Assembly (NCBI RefSeq): GCF_963676685.1
Contig: NC_092357.1
Span: 17,050,001 to 17,114,000, forward strand
Reading direction: 5' to 3'
Source of the DNA: Mytilus edulis
Lineage: Eukaryota
DNA: 64,000 nt
Shown: positions 12,501-24,610 of the stretch, in pieces
How the letters are laid out: every line of letters begins with the position of its first letter
Numbering within the stretch: the first letter of the stretch is position 1
Made by a program: the position numbers and the translations under genes
The notes under the pieces: model-generated
Told to the model about the DNA's origin: nothing
What the model saw: the letters and a program-made list of their open reading frames with translations, nothing else
The model's database searches: none

Positions 12501-15500
12501 ATCGAACTAGAGATAAAGGATATAGTAGATACAGTTAAATCGGCCTCATATCTTGACTTACATCTAGAAATTGACAATGAGGGTCGGTTGAAAACAAAAC
12601 TTTACGACAAAAGAGATGATTACAGCTTCCCAATTGTGAACTTTTCCATTTCTAAGTAGCATCATTCTAGTAGCGCCTGTATACGGAGTATATATCTCTC
12701 AATTGATACGATATTCCTGCACTTGTATTTCCTTTTATAATTTCCGTGGTAGAGGGTTGTTGCATACAATGATGCTATTAAACCAAGAGTTCAAATGATG
12801 AAGTTGAAATCATCCCTTCGTAAATTACGGACGCCATCACGAGTTGGTTGACCGTTAAGGTATAACGTTTCACAGATGATATCGGATATGTTTTACGTTG
12901 TAACAACAATTCCCTTCCCTTTTCATGGATGTGACGTACCGAATTAAACTATTTACAGGATGTGTAATAACATGAACAACACGACGGGTGCCACATGTAG
13001 AGCATGATCAGCTTACCCTGCCGGAGCACCTGTGATCACCCAGATCGGGGTTCGTGTTGCTCAGTCTTTAGTTTTCTATGTTGTTTCTTCAGACATTACT
13101 TTTCTGATTGTCTTTTTTCATTTTTAGCCATGGCGTTGTCAGTTTATTTTTGATTTATGAGTTTTACTGTTCTTCTGGTATCTTTTGTCCCTTTTTTGTA
13201 ATTGTACAAATGTTGTTACAGCTCATGCGTGTTTTTTCGGAAGCAAGTCATCTTTTCAAATTCCATTCACAAAAAATGTCTTTAATTGACTATAACTTAT
13301 TTTTGTTGAACAAAATTATTCATAATCAAATTTAAAAAACAACAACACCTACCTAGTAAAAAGCATGGCATGGTCATGCGGCGGTATTGCTGATCCTTGT
13401 GTTTGAATCCAGTTCTGAAATGCTGCTAGCGTTGTACCGGAATCTAATGTACATCGAGATGACGACTGACAATCTGTGTTGTTTTCGATGAATTGAGTTG
13501 AGGCAGCATCCTAGAAAGTTTCATAATGCATTAAGATTTATTTATAGAAATGTTGGTATTTAATCACTACTTTCAGCACTGTTGGTTGTTGCGTAATAGT
13601 CAGTTGTAATTGGTTGAAGAAGTCGAAGTTCATTAAGTGACTCAAATATTACAATAAAGAGGTGATATGACTGACAATAGATTAACAATCCCCAAATAAC
13701 ATTATTGCATGCCCACTAATCATATAGTTATATTGTATATCAATTAAAGGCTACGTGTACATGTATGTAAAAAACATTTAAAAAAAGATGAATATTGATT
13801 TTAAACAAAATATAACATCAAAGCATTTTATTTTTACCTACCATAAGGTGGTGATGTTGGAAGATTTTTTTTTTAATGCTTACCATCAACGTCAATATTA
13901 TTTACGATAATTATTTATTTATACAAAAAATAATACCTGTAAAATATAGAGTCCCGCAGTTTTAATATCCATGGTGAAGGATACGCCTGGAATATTCTTA
14001 TATCGAAGATCAATCTACAAAAACAAAGCTTCCCATTAACGAACTATATAATATGGTAATTTTAAAAACTTTTAACATATATAGATTGATCCAAAATGAA
14101 AATTCAGCACGTTCTTTAAATTCTGCTAAGGGACTTTTCGTTTAGAATTCTCTGCGGAGTTTGGTATTTCTTATATTTGACTTTTTTCTGAAGTACAATG
14201 CAAGTCTAGTAAAACGCAACTAAGGTATTAAAAGCTATTACAATTGAAACAGCAGTCTCGCTAAAAAAATATAAAAAGGGTGTTATTCGTTTAAGACAAA
14301 GATCGCAATGTCAATATGTTGATAAGTAAATAGTTATTGTCAATATCTGTTTCATTCATTATAAATGATAAATTGTAAAAATTGAAAATTATTAATCTGT
14401 AAGTAAGAAGTTCAAAAAGTTCTGCTGTATACATAATTATTGGTTCTGTATGAAAAACCTTAACAATTATTTCACTTACGCCCTTGATCATGTATGCGTA
14501 AAATTGTCTTATTGCATCCATTGCTGCATTTACATCGTTATTTTCCTCAGTCAGCCAACTGTGAATAGAGATAACAAGACTATACTGCTAAGTGAAACTT
14601 TGTATTTGATCGACGTGTTGAAGTTAAAGAAAAGACATGTGAAGACTATTGTTTCAGATGTGTATATCGGATCACTCCCAGTATCTGGTGGGGTTCGTGT
14701 TTTTTTAGTCTTCAGTTTTCTATGTTTCGTCTTCTATTTTATTATTTGTTTGTTTGTCTTTTTATTTTTAGCCATGGCGTTGTCAGTTGATTTTCAATCT
14801 ATGAGTTTGGCTGTCCCTCTGGTATATTTTGTCCCTCTTTTAAGTAAAAAACTGAAAATACAACAATTTTGTCCTGCTAGACAGGTATTCATGGTTTCAT
14901 TCTTAGTAAGGTATATAACGATAAATTATCATTTGTAGTTCCGTTTATTGATATGGTTAAGCGTTAGGTAATGACACATTTTAGTGAATTTCTTCATCTT
15001 ATTTTAAATTTATCATTGGAGTCACTATATTTTAGTGAGACGTGTTTGGATAGTGGATTTTCTCAGAGACTATGAACATTCATTATAGCCGCCGATGCCA
15101 CTTGGAACAACACACATTAGTTTCGCTTCCGTGTTGTTTCAACTGTATTTATCAATCGTCAAGTCGACAGGGATAATAAGGTTGAATATAAGTAATAAAC
15201 TCATAATCCAATAAATCATATGTTACAGATTAAGTTATGGTACAGCATTGTCTCATAATTGTTAGTTAAGAGTGGTCATTATATTTTGTAATTATACTAC
15301 AGTACAACACGTAAATTTGTTTATCTAGTGGTGAGAAATTCTGAAAGTTTTTGTAAGATTCTGAGATTAAAATTTTTGAAATGTGTATAGACATTTTGTA
15401 TATATGTCTCGGTATATCTCATGTACTATATTGCTGAATAGGGTGATGCTTTTGTAATTACTTTTTACATGAAATACTCTCATGTTATGCATTTTGTTCT

Positions 15501-18500
15501 AATGAGGGATACGAATATACGTCCACAAAATGTAGAAGGACAGTTATGATATTAAGTCGTTTTTAAGCATTCAGTTCGTTGTTGTCGCTTTGACACATTC
15601 CCCATTTCCTTTCTCAATTTTACTTCATTCTTTAGACTCAATTTATTAAATTATTCACATTTCAAATCGCATTTAAACAATACACTGTACTTTGACAAAA
15701 CGTCAACAGACTTTCATTTTCATTTTCTACCGGTATTCTATGTAAAAAAGAACGATATTTCTCTCACTTCATGTATGTATATGGGCAGGCCGTGTGAATT
15801 TTTGAGCTTTTCTAATAACGTTTCCGTCATACTATTCTGTTCATTCGAATTTATGTAGGGCTACATATAACATAATATGAACAGGCCAACAGAGTAGAGA
15901 ATGATGATAAAAAAAGTAATGAATAGATCAAATGGAAAACAATACAGATCACTTTAGTGCAAAGAAACAGAGAATAACTGTCGAAAATTAGAAGCAGATA
16001 ACCAAACATTCATTACAGAAATGTACAGAATACAGAAATATCATAATTACAGAAAAAGGTTAAAGTAAAGTTTTGATAAATATAAGTTGGTATCGTTCAC
16101 GATAAAAAAAAATGAATTAGTTAATATTTAAAGAATACAGATACGAAGGACACCTTACCCCCAAACCCAACCCAACCAGACTTTAATACATTCCATACTC
16201 ACAATTGATACGCACTATAATCTACCACCATCAGTAGTTCTATCTGGTAGTTCCCTGTTGCTCTCTTTTTCCTACTCGCATTGTTATGTGGCTCTTTATT
16301 TACTGTAAAATAAACATAATGGTGAGGTCATTTGTAAGTTTTGAAATTTCGTAGATGTATATTATATCATTGTTCAGCTGACACTATAAAATATTTAGAA
16401 TGTTTTCTTCCATAACATCTAAATTGCTAGCTACATTATATATCTTTTTTTAGGTTAAGCATATTGACATACTTCGATTTAATTAAATTTCTCATAGTTA
16501 TAATTTTTATATGTTTTCTTACTTGATTTTATTGAAAGATAAAAGATAATTAATAGTAATACACAAATTTGTATGTTCCATATGCAATGAGTATAATTTA
16601 TTGAACATACCTGAGATTGGTATATTCCAATCAAAAACCTGAACTTCCGGTATGATGATTGAATGGTCTCCATTTGAAGAGGACTGAAGAATATGTAACT
16701 GTCCATCTATATGAAATGTGCCGAACTAAGAATGGAGAAACCGATAATCTTATTCACTAATACACAAATAATATGGATACAATTATTGATACGAGGCTTT
16801 TACATAAATTAGCCGTTAGTTTTCTCGTATGAATTGTTTTACATTGTTAATTCGGGGCTTTCTACAGCTGAATTTTCTCGTTGGCAATCATACCACATAT
16901 TGTTTTCTTTTAATTATATCTGTGTATGCCACACTCACATTTGGTAAAAAAAGAATCATCAGTGACTCTCGATTGTGCCAAGTGCCAAGGAGTCAGCACT
17001 AGTATTGTGACATGAAAAATCATTAATATAACAGTAAAACAAAAGATATAGGTTATCGATCCATGACACAAAAAAATATTCATGTACCTCAAAAACACAT
17101 ACAATAAGCAAAGAAACAGCACATATATTGGTGTTCTTCATATCAAAGTCACAGTGAGGATATACTCATTTCTAGATGAGTTTAATAAAGAAAAATGAGC
17201 ATCAGATCCTCGAGCCACTAACGAGTCAAATAAACAGAAAAGGATTGTCCAAGTTTGAGGAAGATAAAACGACTGTCAAAGTCTCGAAGTTTGGACATAG
17301 TTTATCGAAGTACAAAAACCTGTCTGGGTTATGGTCTTTATTTCTGTCATTTTAAGCCCTTTTTCCTTTAGATTTATTTTAGCAATCTGTAATTCCCAGG
17401 TTCTAGTTGGTTTATGTTTCATTTTTATAAATTTCCTGTTACAAAACTTTAATTTTTTCGAAAAACGAAGGATTTTCTTATCCCAGGAATAGATTACCTA
17501 AGCCGTACTTTTCAGAATTTGTGGTCCTCAATGCTCTTCCACGGTGTACTTGTTTGGTCTTAAATTTCTATTTTAATCTGAGCGTCACTGATGAGTCTTA
17601 TGTAGACGAAACGCGCGTCTTTGATAATTATTTGTCATTGTCTTTGTAAATTGTTTGTTATAAATTAGGTCTTTAATTTTTTCAATCGTATTGTATTAAT
17701 TTGTTATGTCGGGACTTTTGAAGTCGCGACTATACGGTATGGGTTCATCTCATTTTTGAAAGCATACGTTTGTGTCATTTTGGTCTTTTGTTGATAGTTG
17801 TCTCATTGACAATCATACCACATCCTCTTTTTTATGTTTGTTTATATTTCTATCGACTTTATTTGAACTATTGGAGAAAGTTGTGTTGTTGGATGGCATA
17901 CTACATCTGCCGATTTTCGTATTTAGTAATTTTTCTTATTTTCCAATGTTTTTGTCATATTATTTTTCTTTATCGTCACGTATTAGTCCTATACAATGTA
18001 TATCTTTTCATTCTTCGTTTTTCCTTGTTCTGTAAATTTTACAAACTCTGCCAAAAGTTTCATCCCAATATTTGAAATTGTTACATGATAGAAAACTGTT
18101 TGAAATTTATTAAATTACTGATGGTTTGTTCATAAATTTTTAACGCATTGCATAGTGTTCAAGTTTGTTCAACACAATAAGAATAAAATAAACATACAGA
18201 TTTATCTAATGTATATAAAGTCTGTACTAAGTTTTTATAAAATTGAGTTGATTTTCAGTCACGATTTATTAAAGTAAATACACTGCTACCATTCATACTA
18301 TCTATTCAGCAGATGGTGCGAGCATTCTACCTGATTTGTATAAACTATATTAATACATACCAGCAAATAGGTTTCAATCACAGCTGTGCTATTTAATCGT
18401 ATTAACTTCTCTGCTTGAAAAAGACATTCTTTAGTAACGCATTGATAAAACTGGGTCGGTACCTGTGAAGAAAATCAGATAAGACATAAAAAGAATGAGT

Positions 18501-21500
18501 ACAAGTTTGGGATAAATGAATTTAGAAATTAAAGCACTGTTCAATTTATTATATAGTATGAGGCAAATATTTGACCCCTTTCTATCTCTGGTGTGTGTGA
18601 CATAGTTAATGTGTGCCAACGTATAGAAATTGAAACGAAAACTAGAAACATTTAGTTAAAACATTTTTGTGTTTTTTTTTTACAAAGATTAAGCTATGTC
18701 TTAGAACTAAACAGATGTTTTATAAATAGATGTTGAAGTACGACTATTTGCTTTGCTGTTATAGTCAAGTCATGCAGGTCTTTCGTAGAAATTAGGTTTT
18801 CGTTAAATGCATGGTGCCGCAAGTATAACCACCAATCATCATTGTATGTGTTCCCTTAAGCAAAGTTCAGTAGTGAACATGGATGACCTTAAATTTAAGG
18901 TTTACCAGTCAACAGAAAATTGATAAACGTACTATGTAATCTTAATCAGATTTCATGAGTAATACACGTTAAACAACATATATTTGATGTTAAGAGTTAT
19001 CATTATTGTTACGGATTAGAAGAATCTTCTTATACATAATAAAACAATACATATTTTACGATTGTGAAACCATTTTGTTGATTGAGACATTTTACAGAAA
19101 GGTCGAGGGTTATAGTTTGTGTACCACACATATACTATATTAAGTAATGGGACATTTATGATACACCACGTTAGGGAAATAGTGTATTCGACTACAAACT
19201 TATAAATGCGGTTGGAAAATACCAATCTATAACTGTCGATGTTCTTATAAATAGGAACTCAGACCAACAGACAGTATTATCATTATTACATGCTGATATA
19301 GCTCTTATATGGCGCGGACACTATGTTTTTGTAATGGGTATAAAGGAAATGTACATGCAGATCTTATATGAGTAGAGTTGTTGCAGCAGACGGTACCACT
19401 TGGAGGACAGGTTGCACTAGTCCGAATTTTTTGATAGTGAACATTTGTTAGCCTTGTATTTGTATCAAAGTGTTTCTTCATGTCAGTATTGTTTTATATC
19501 TGCAAGGAACCAGTGTATATTATTTGTTCGAGGTTACATACATAGATAGTTATATTTTTTTTGGTATATGCGTTTTATTTATGGACAACTTTAACATGTT
19601 AAATGAATTGTTTTAGGTATAAATGCATCATTTTTTAAACAATTCAATATTTAATAAAAAAGAATATAAAAGTGATTTATAAAAATAATGATTTAATAAT
19701 TGATTTATACAAAATATTAACCTTATGAATTATTCTTTTTCTTTAAAACCAATTTATTTCTTCCTATGGTTAATTTTCTGAATATCAAAATTGCAAATAT
19801 ATGTTGCTGTCTTTTATTCTCAATATATATTAAATCTTTTGTAAATTATGAGGCACGACTGTTACATTTATCAATGTCAGACCCATACACCAATCAACAA
19901 AAGAAGCGTTACTAATTTTTTGTAACATTAATCTAACATTAAACTAATATAAAAGCTTTCACTAGGGGTAACAATTAGGACGCAAGTCACGGTCCATTAT
20001 CATATATAGCACGTAGTATGTAGGTGTTAGTTCACGTCTGACTTCCTCGTTCAATCGAGCGTTAATTCAAAATGTGACAATTTCTTTACACTGTCGGAAA
20101 GATATAAATATTAATACTTTATTATAAATTGCATGATAATAGAGTTGACGTGATTTTATTTGAGTTTTTGAATGATAATTATTTTCGTTTTACATTTGAT
20201 AATTTCAAACCATTCAACATTTACTTTTCGCACTTGATACATTTATAAGCTGTTCGAAGTAAGGGAAATAACCTATGGCCAGGTCACAAAATGATTTAAA
20301 CAAAATCAATCGCACCAACATTTAATCCCATTAAATCCAAGTGCATTACAGTATAAATAGGTTTCTTTAGGTTCTGGGATTAAAGCAGTTTGTGTGCTAA
20401 TAGTGTTTTAAAAGTATATGTTGTTTATGTTGTTTTGAATTGTATCGATCTAAGGCTTCATATACTGTAAGATACTTTTGGTTGATTTCATTGTGTTGTT
20501 GTTGTTTCCTTGTCGCATATCTCTACATCTACTTTTTCTAATTTTCAGATTTCTCACAATCGTTGAATTTATTGAGTATATATGAAGATATTTTCACTAA
20601 ATATAATATTAAAAACTAGGAAGAAAAAATGTATCGTCGATTACATTGTTTTATGTTGAAAGATTATCATACCGTGTCGTTAAAAATCAATGTTTTCTAA
20701 AAACAGTTGGTTTATTATTATGACCATGCAAATGATATTTCATGTCACCATAGCAGTGTTGACTACTGCGCTGGTAAAACCCGTACATCAAAGATTTCAT
20801 CATCGACTCTGGCTAAATTACAAGGTGACCAAGTACCAGAGAAAGACATAGATTCAGCAACGACTAGCAACAATGACAAGGATATGACAGTGCAGATTCG
20901 TTTGCGACACATGACCTTAATAGCTAAGCAAAAGGGGGTAACAATAGCAAGACGGTTTTGACAGCCGCCAAGACTATGCGTTCTTCGTGACAGTTCTTTG
21001 AAATTTGTTTACAGCTCTCAATTATAGGTGATTGGTGATGTACTCTCTTCAGCTAGATGTTTGGTGATATTGATATAATCCTTTTTGTATAATAGGTAGC
21101 AACTCATAACAAGAGTTGAAAAAAGTTGTTTTCGTCTTAACACGATTGCCATCAAAAACTATCGTTGCTTGAAGGATTTGATGTACCTATAGATACCAAA
21201 ACGGTCTTGAAATTTGATTGTTTAACTTACTTCTAGTTATCTTGTTAATTTTATTATTCCATTACTCATATGATATCGAAAATTCCCCTTTTTAGTGCAT
21301 TTAAATCAAATCTCGAGTCTTAGATTAAACGTATTATGTTTGAACACTCGATTAGAAATAAATAAGGTGTGAACCTTAACGAAAAAGCAATCAAAACACA
21401 AGAATCATAATTAAAATTGATTTTTCATTAGTAAATACATTGTTACATGTACTATTTGATTATTTGGTGCCGATTAAATTAATAAAATAAATGACATATG

Positions 21501-24500
21501 CATGTTATAATAACGTATGCAAATATGTCAGACGGTAAGGGTGTAAATGATTCTACTTTTTCCTTTATCCATTCACCCTTGAAATATTACCGTCAAACCT
21601 TTAAAAAGCAATAGATATTCTTTAAAGTAATTTCTAAATGAGTTTTTTGGTAATAAAAGCCTTGCATAGAAATAGATTGATACACTCAGATAGATTTAAA
21701 CAGCTCTTTCGAAACAAAATCATAAGTGACTGCTTTCAGATATTTGTTAATAAAATATTTATGTCAATACTCTTTATGCATTACATAACTGCAACTAATA
21801 AATGTATTGCGTTTTAAGTCGATTTGAAATTTATTTGACCTTTTTAGCTTTTTTTTCGAGCGTTACTGATGAGACTTTTGTAGACGAAACGCGCGTGTAG
21901 ATTACATTTTAAACCTGGTTTTCAAAAGTATTTTATGACTACGACACGTCTTATGATAGTCCTAGAACATGTAATAGTCGTAATATATGTGTTCGAAAAT
22001 GTCCCAATGTACGATATATCGTAACTTTTGTCGTAAACTTAAGACACCTTGAAACAATACCTATTTCACTGTTTTATGTTAGGTATGTGTTCTTTTTAAA
22101 AACCGGTGTCGAGTCCAGGGTCCCTATATATACATAGTATGAAATTGGTTAAAGAGCTTCAATATTGGGAATAACGCCAACTTTCAAACCAGTGTCAGAT
22201 CCAGGGTCTACCTACGTATTCTTATTTACGTCCCCACCTCTTTTTAAAAAGTCGCGGCCCCTCTAAATATTAAGTATAACATCGGCGGTATATCTTCAAT
22301 AACCGGTAATAACACTGGATCGTCCCTTAAAACTTTTCAACATACCTTTAGTTTACTGTAGTTGTTGTAAAGATACCCATTGGTGTACAGTGGAAAGTTC
22401 TGATCTGTATTTTCATGTTTTTCTACTTCAAATGATTGGTGAAAATGATCATTCCGTATGGTGATATGCAACTTGTCAGGCAAGTCAGTGTGTCTCTTAT
22501 GTCTTTCATGATTCGATGAAAACGATGATATCTCAATTTGGACTAGATCTGAAATCATGATTTTATATTACATGTTGTATTTACAAAATTCTAAAATTGA
22601 TCAATATAGCAATAGGAAGATGTGGTACATGTATGATTGCTAATGAGACTATTCGCCAAAGTTCAAATGAAATGGATGAACACAATAAGAAGCAACCGAA
22701 AGACCTTCAACAATGAAAAAATCAATATCGTATGGTTGGCTATAAAAGGCCCCGACATGAAATATTATTTTCAGAAAACTAACAGCTTAATTTATAACCA
22801 AACAGTTTACGAAAAACATAAACAAACGACAAACACTGAACTACAGGCTCCAGGCTTGGGACAGGTACATATATAAAGGAATGATTTATATACTTTGATC
22901 GTTTATTATTATACTTTGTATTTCAACATACGTAAATTAAATCTTCGAAAGTAATTACATAAACACTTGTACCTGTATATCTTGATTGATTGATTGATTG
23001 GTGTTTAACGCCACTACTGTACTACTTTGTGGCAGTCAGTTTTAATGAGTAGAAAAACGACAGAAGAGAACAACAGACCTTCGGTAGGAAAAATGACAAT
23101 CCTTGTCAATTAAGATTGCAGTCGTGAAGAATTCAAAGTAACGACATCAGTGTTGACAGGCTATTGATACATTAATTCGACTTCTTAGATTGTCTTGGAA
23201 ACAAAAGTTTATATTTATTGAAATTTAAAAAATGTTTGCCCGAGGAAAAATTATCTTCTCAGCAAACAAAATATTTCCAGTGCTTATATTACTTCAAATC
23301 TTATTTTGATTTTTACTGAGTGAGTATGATTTTGTTAATTTTGTATTTCAATATGTTAGATTCCAAATTCTCACAAAAAGTCAAATACTTGAAAACCAAT
23401 AATTATAAATTATCTAAATATGCAGAGAGCTTCAACTTTTAAATATTTATTTGAACGCAGTCATATAGCTAGTAAATAACACCAAACTACTTTAGATACA
23501 TTCTGTATGGCCACTAGAATAAAGAGTTTTGTTTTTATTAAGATTTGTTAAAAAAGATCATTTTGTCATTAAATCATGCAATACAATTAAAAAAATACCC
23601 AAAAGTAATTTCCTTAAATACTCGTAGTTGAATCAACACGTTGAACAGATGGAGGAGAAAAATGTCCATCACGATAACAAATACCATTTCTTTATAAAAG
23701 GTCATATAAAACTTTTATAAATTTATGAATTTTTGCACGGTTTTTGGGGTCATTCAGATGTTTGGTATTATTGAGCAAGAAGCATGTCTTTTTAATGTTC
23801 AGCCCTTGAACGAACATTCGATTGAAAAGCATTCGAGTATGCATGAAATATTACAATCAATATTCCCCATCACTTGTAAAAATAACTAATGAATGTCTGT
23901 AATCCAGATCAGTATATTAAAAGTAAACATAACTAGTTACATAAATTAGTTTTTAATCAGATGTTTGTAAATGTTTTATAAGACTTAGTGTAATTTATTT
24001 CCGATATGTTAATTTTACCTTAAACATGTACGTGAATAGAAAAAAGACAAGATCTTCGTAGAACGATTTTCACGCACGGATCCAGAAATTTTTAAAAGGG
24101 ATTTAAACCCCTTCCTCCAAAATTACTTTGAAACGTACAAATTTTTAAATGATAAAAAATGTTTATAAATCGATAAAAAGGGTTTCAACCCCCGAACCCC
24201 CCACCCTCCCTTTCCCCAAACCAAATGAAAGCACCATCGCTGTTTGACAATACAGTGTTTAACTAGCATAATCATTCTTTTTTGTATGAGTAATAATTAA
24301 ATGAATGATGAATAAATAGTGTATGGTAGTGCAACCACATATACACAATACAATGTACATTGAATTGAGAATTAACATAATGATTCAGTCAGTCAAATAG
24401 GTTTACGGTGCATTATCAGGTTTTAATTGTATATATAAAAGATAAGAGAATATAAATTCAAATATATCTTTATGTACAATGTTGCTTTTCTGTATCAAAA

Positions 24501-24610
24501 AATAGTTTTTATATTTACTTACCACTTTTTATGATAGGTACTGAAGTATGAAGTTGTAATGAACACACATATGAAATGGACAACAGAAATATACATTCTC
24601 CAACATTCAT
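247..24610 (-). CDS. ADAMTS-like (M12B reprolysin-family) secreted zinc metalloprotease, 18 coding exons, ~729 aa, TSP1-less with four C-terminal PLAC-like 6-Cys repeats
   Basis: Exons with GT-AG boundaries and matching phases: 24523-24610, 22346-22548, 18361-18462, 16611-16725, 16203-16302, 14480-14558, 13937-14014, 13353-13510, 11393-11430, 10904-11009, 9562-9726, 8781-8922, 7109-7234, 6381-6432, 4388-4537, 3227-3337, 2499-2615, 247-506. Sum is 2190 nt with an open frame. Motifs: RKKR|[46 protein letters not shown] Met-turn, [23 protein letters not shown]. Confidence 0.88.
298..387 (-). repeat. 45-bp x2 in-frame tandem duplication encoding [11 protein letters not shown](T/S)STA
   Basis: 298-342 and 343-387 differ at a single base. 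Confidence 0.9.
1911..1943. repeat. Perfect 15-bp inverted repeat (hairpin) with 3-nt loop
   Basis: tacgcgaacgctgtt-cca-aacagcgttcgcgta. Confidence 0.9.
2499..2615 (-). CDS. ADAMTS-like exon 17, PLAC-like repeat 3 ([30 protein letters not shown])
   Basis: Same 6-Cys pattern; phase 1-1. Confidence 0.88.
3227..3337 (-). CDS. ADAMTS-like exon 16, PLAC-like repeat 2 ([28 protein letters not shown])
   Basis: Same 6-Cys pattern; phase 1-1; absent from the ORF track. Confidence 0.88.
4388..4537 (-). CDS. ADAMTS-like exon 15, PLAC-like repeat 1
   Basis: CVFGD..C..CY..CCKSC; phase 1-1. Confidence 0.88.
5480..5694. repeat. Degenerate MITE end with direct and inverted sub-repeats
   Basis: atcagggattttgtaaaatcact (5549-5571) is inverted at 5652-5674; 31-bp direct repeat; ends in ccgtgtaaca. 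Confidence 0.5.
6381..6432 (-). CDS. ADAMTS-like exon 14 ([17 protein letters not shown])
   Basis: WCxxxxCV motif completing the Cys-rich domain; gtaaga donor. Confidence 0.88.
7109..7234 (-). CDS. ADAMTS-like exon 13 (..[31 protein letters not shown])
   Basis: CxxLWC and PxxxTxCGxGK motifs; phase 0-0. Confidence 0.9.
8781..8922 (-). CDS. ADAMTS-like exon 12 ([28 protein letters not shown])
   Basis: End of the catalytic domain and start of the ADAMTS disintegrin-like/Cys-rich domain. Confidence 0.9.
9110..9346 (+). mobile_element. Helentron/HINE (pearl-like) non-autonomous fragment
   Basis: Core repeat, (ACGR)n-like microsatellite at about 9277-9300, terminal GC palindrome gcccc-tagtt-ggggc. 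Confidence 0.5.
9562..9726 (-). CDS. ADAMTS-like exon 11, third zinc His and Met-turn (LSAVHD..NIMAA..WKFSSCS)
   Basis: Metzincin Met-turn and FSxCS motif; phase 2-2. Confidence 0.92.
10904..11009 (-). CDS. ADAMTS-like exon 10 ([36 protein letters not shown])
   Basis: HExxH zinc motif and GxAxxGxMC motif. Confidence 0.92.
11393..11430 (-). CDS. ADAMTS-like exon 9, 38-nt micro-exon ([13 protein letters not shown])
   Basis: ttcag acceptor and gtaaga donor; phase 2-1 is required to join exons 8 and 10. Confidence 0.8.
11614..11657 (+). ncRNA. Minimal hammerhead ribozyme, second family (one core mutation)
   Basis: GTATCA CTGAAGA GACA-TATAA-TGTC GTAAC GCAT GTC TGGTGC; stems I and II pair; GAAA changed to GTAA. 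Confidence 0.55.
12180..13195 (+). mobile_element. Penelope-like retroelement, 5'-truncated RT remnant plus common 3' tail (intron 8)
   Basis: Translates with breaks to [66 protein letters not shown]. Confidence 0.85.
13353..13510 (-). CDS. ADAMTS-like exon 8 (..[27 protein letters not shown])
   Basis: Conserved TLxxFxxW and HDHAMLFT motifs of ADAMTS catalytic domains. Confidence 0.9.
13937..14014 (-). CDS. ADAMTS-like exon 7 ([26 protein letters not shown])
   Basis: GT-AG boundaries, phase 0-0. Confidence 0.85.
14480..14558 (-). CDS. ADAMTS-like exon 6 ([26 protein letters not shown])
   Basis: GT-AG boundaries, phase 2-0, in frame. Confidence 0.85.
16203..16302 (-). CDS. ADAMTS-like exon 5, furin site RKKR and start of catalytic domain ([20 protein letters not shown])
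   Basis: Typical reprolysin IELxxVxD motif; ttttacag acceptor and gtgagt donor. Confidence 0.88.
16611..16725 (-). CDS. ADAMTS-like exon 4, prodomain ([14 protein letters not shown]..)
   Basis: Polypyrimidine tract plus tag acceptor, CAG|gtatgt donor, GxFxIxG prodomain motif, phase 0-1. Confidence 0.75.
17582..17620 (+). ncRNA. Minimal hammerhead ribozyme core within a PLE-associated repeat (3' strand of stem I lost)
   Basis: GCGTCA CTGATGA GTC-TTATGTA-GAC GAAAC GCGC GTC. Confidence 0.65.
18361..18462 (-). CDS. ADAMTS-like exon 3, prodomain ([34 protein letters not shown])
   Basis: ttcacag acceptor, gtatgt donor, phase 0-0 bridging exons 2 and 4. Confidence 0.65.
22346..22548 (-). CDS. ADAMTS-like exon 2, prodomain (..[16 protein letters not shown]..)
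   Basis: tttcag acceptor, AAG|gtatgt donor, basic RHKR motif and prodomain-like sequence. Confidence 0.8.
24523..24610 (-). CDS. ADAMTS-like exon 1, signal peptide [29 protein letters not shown]
   Basis: ATG, hydrophobic stretch, phase-1 donor GTAAGT matching the next exon. Confidence 0.7.

Noticed and set aside
20707-20961. 84-aa plus-strand ORF inside intron 2
   Set aside because: No recognisable motif, non-ATG start and no convincing splice partners; possibly an old fragment.
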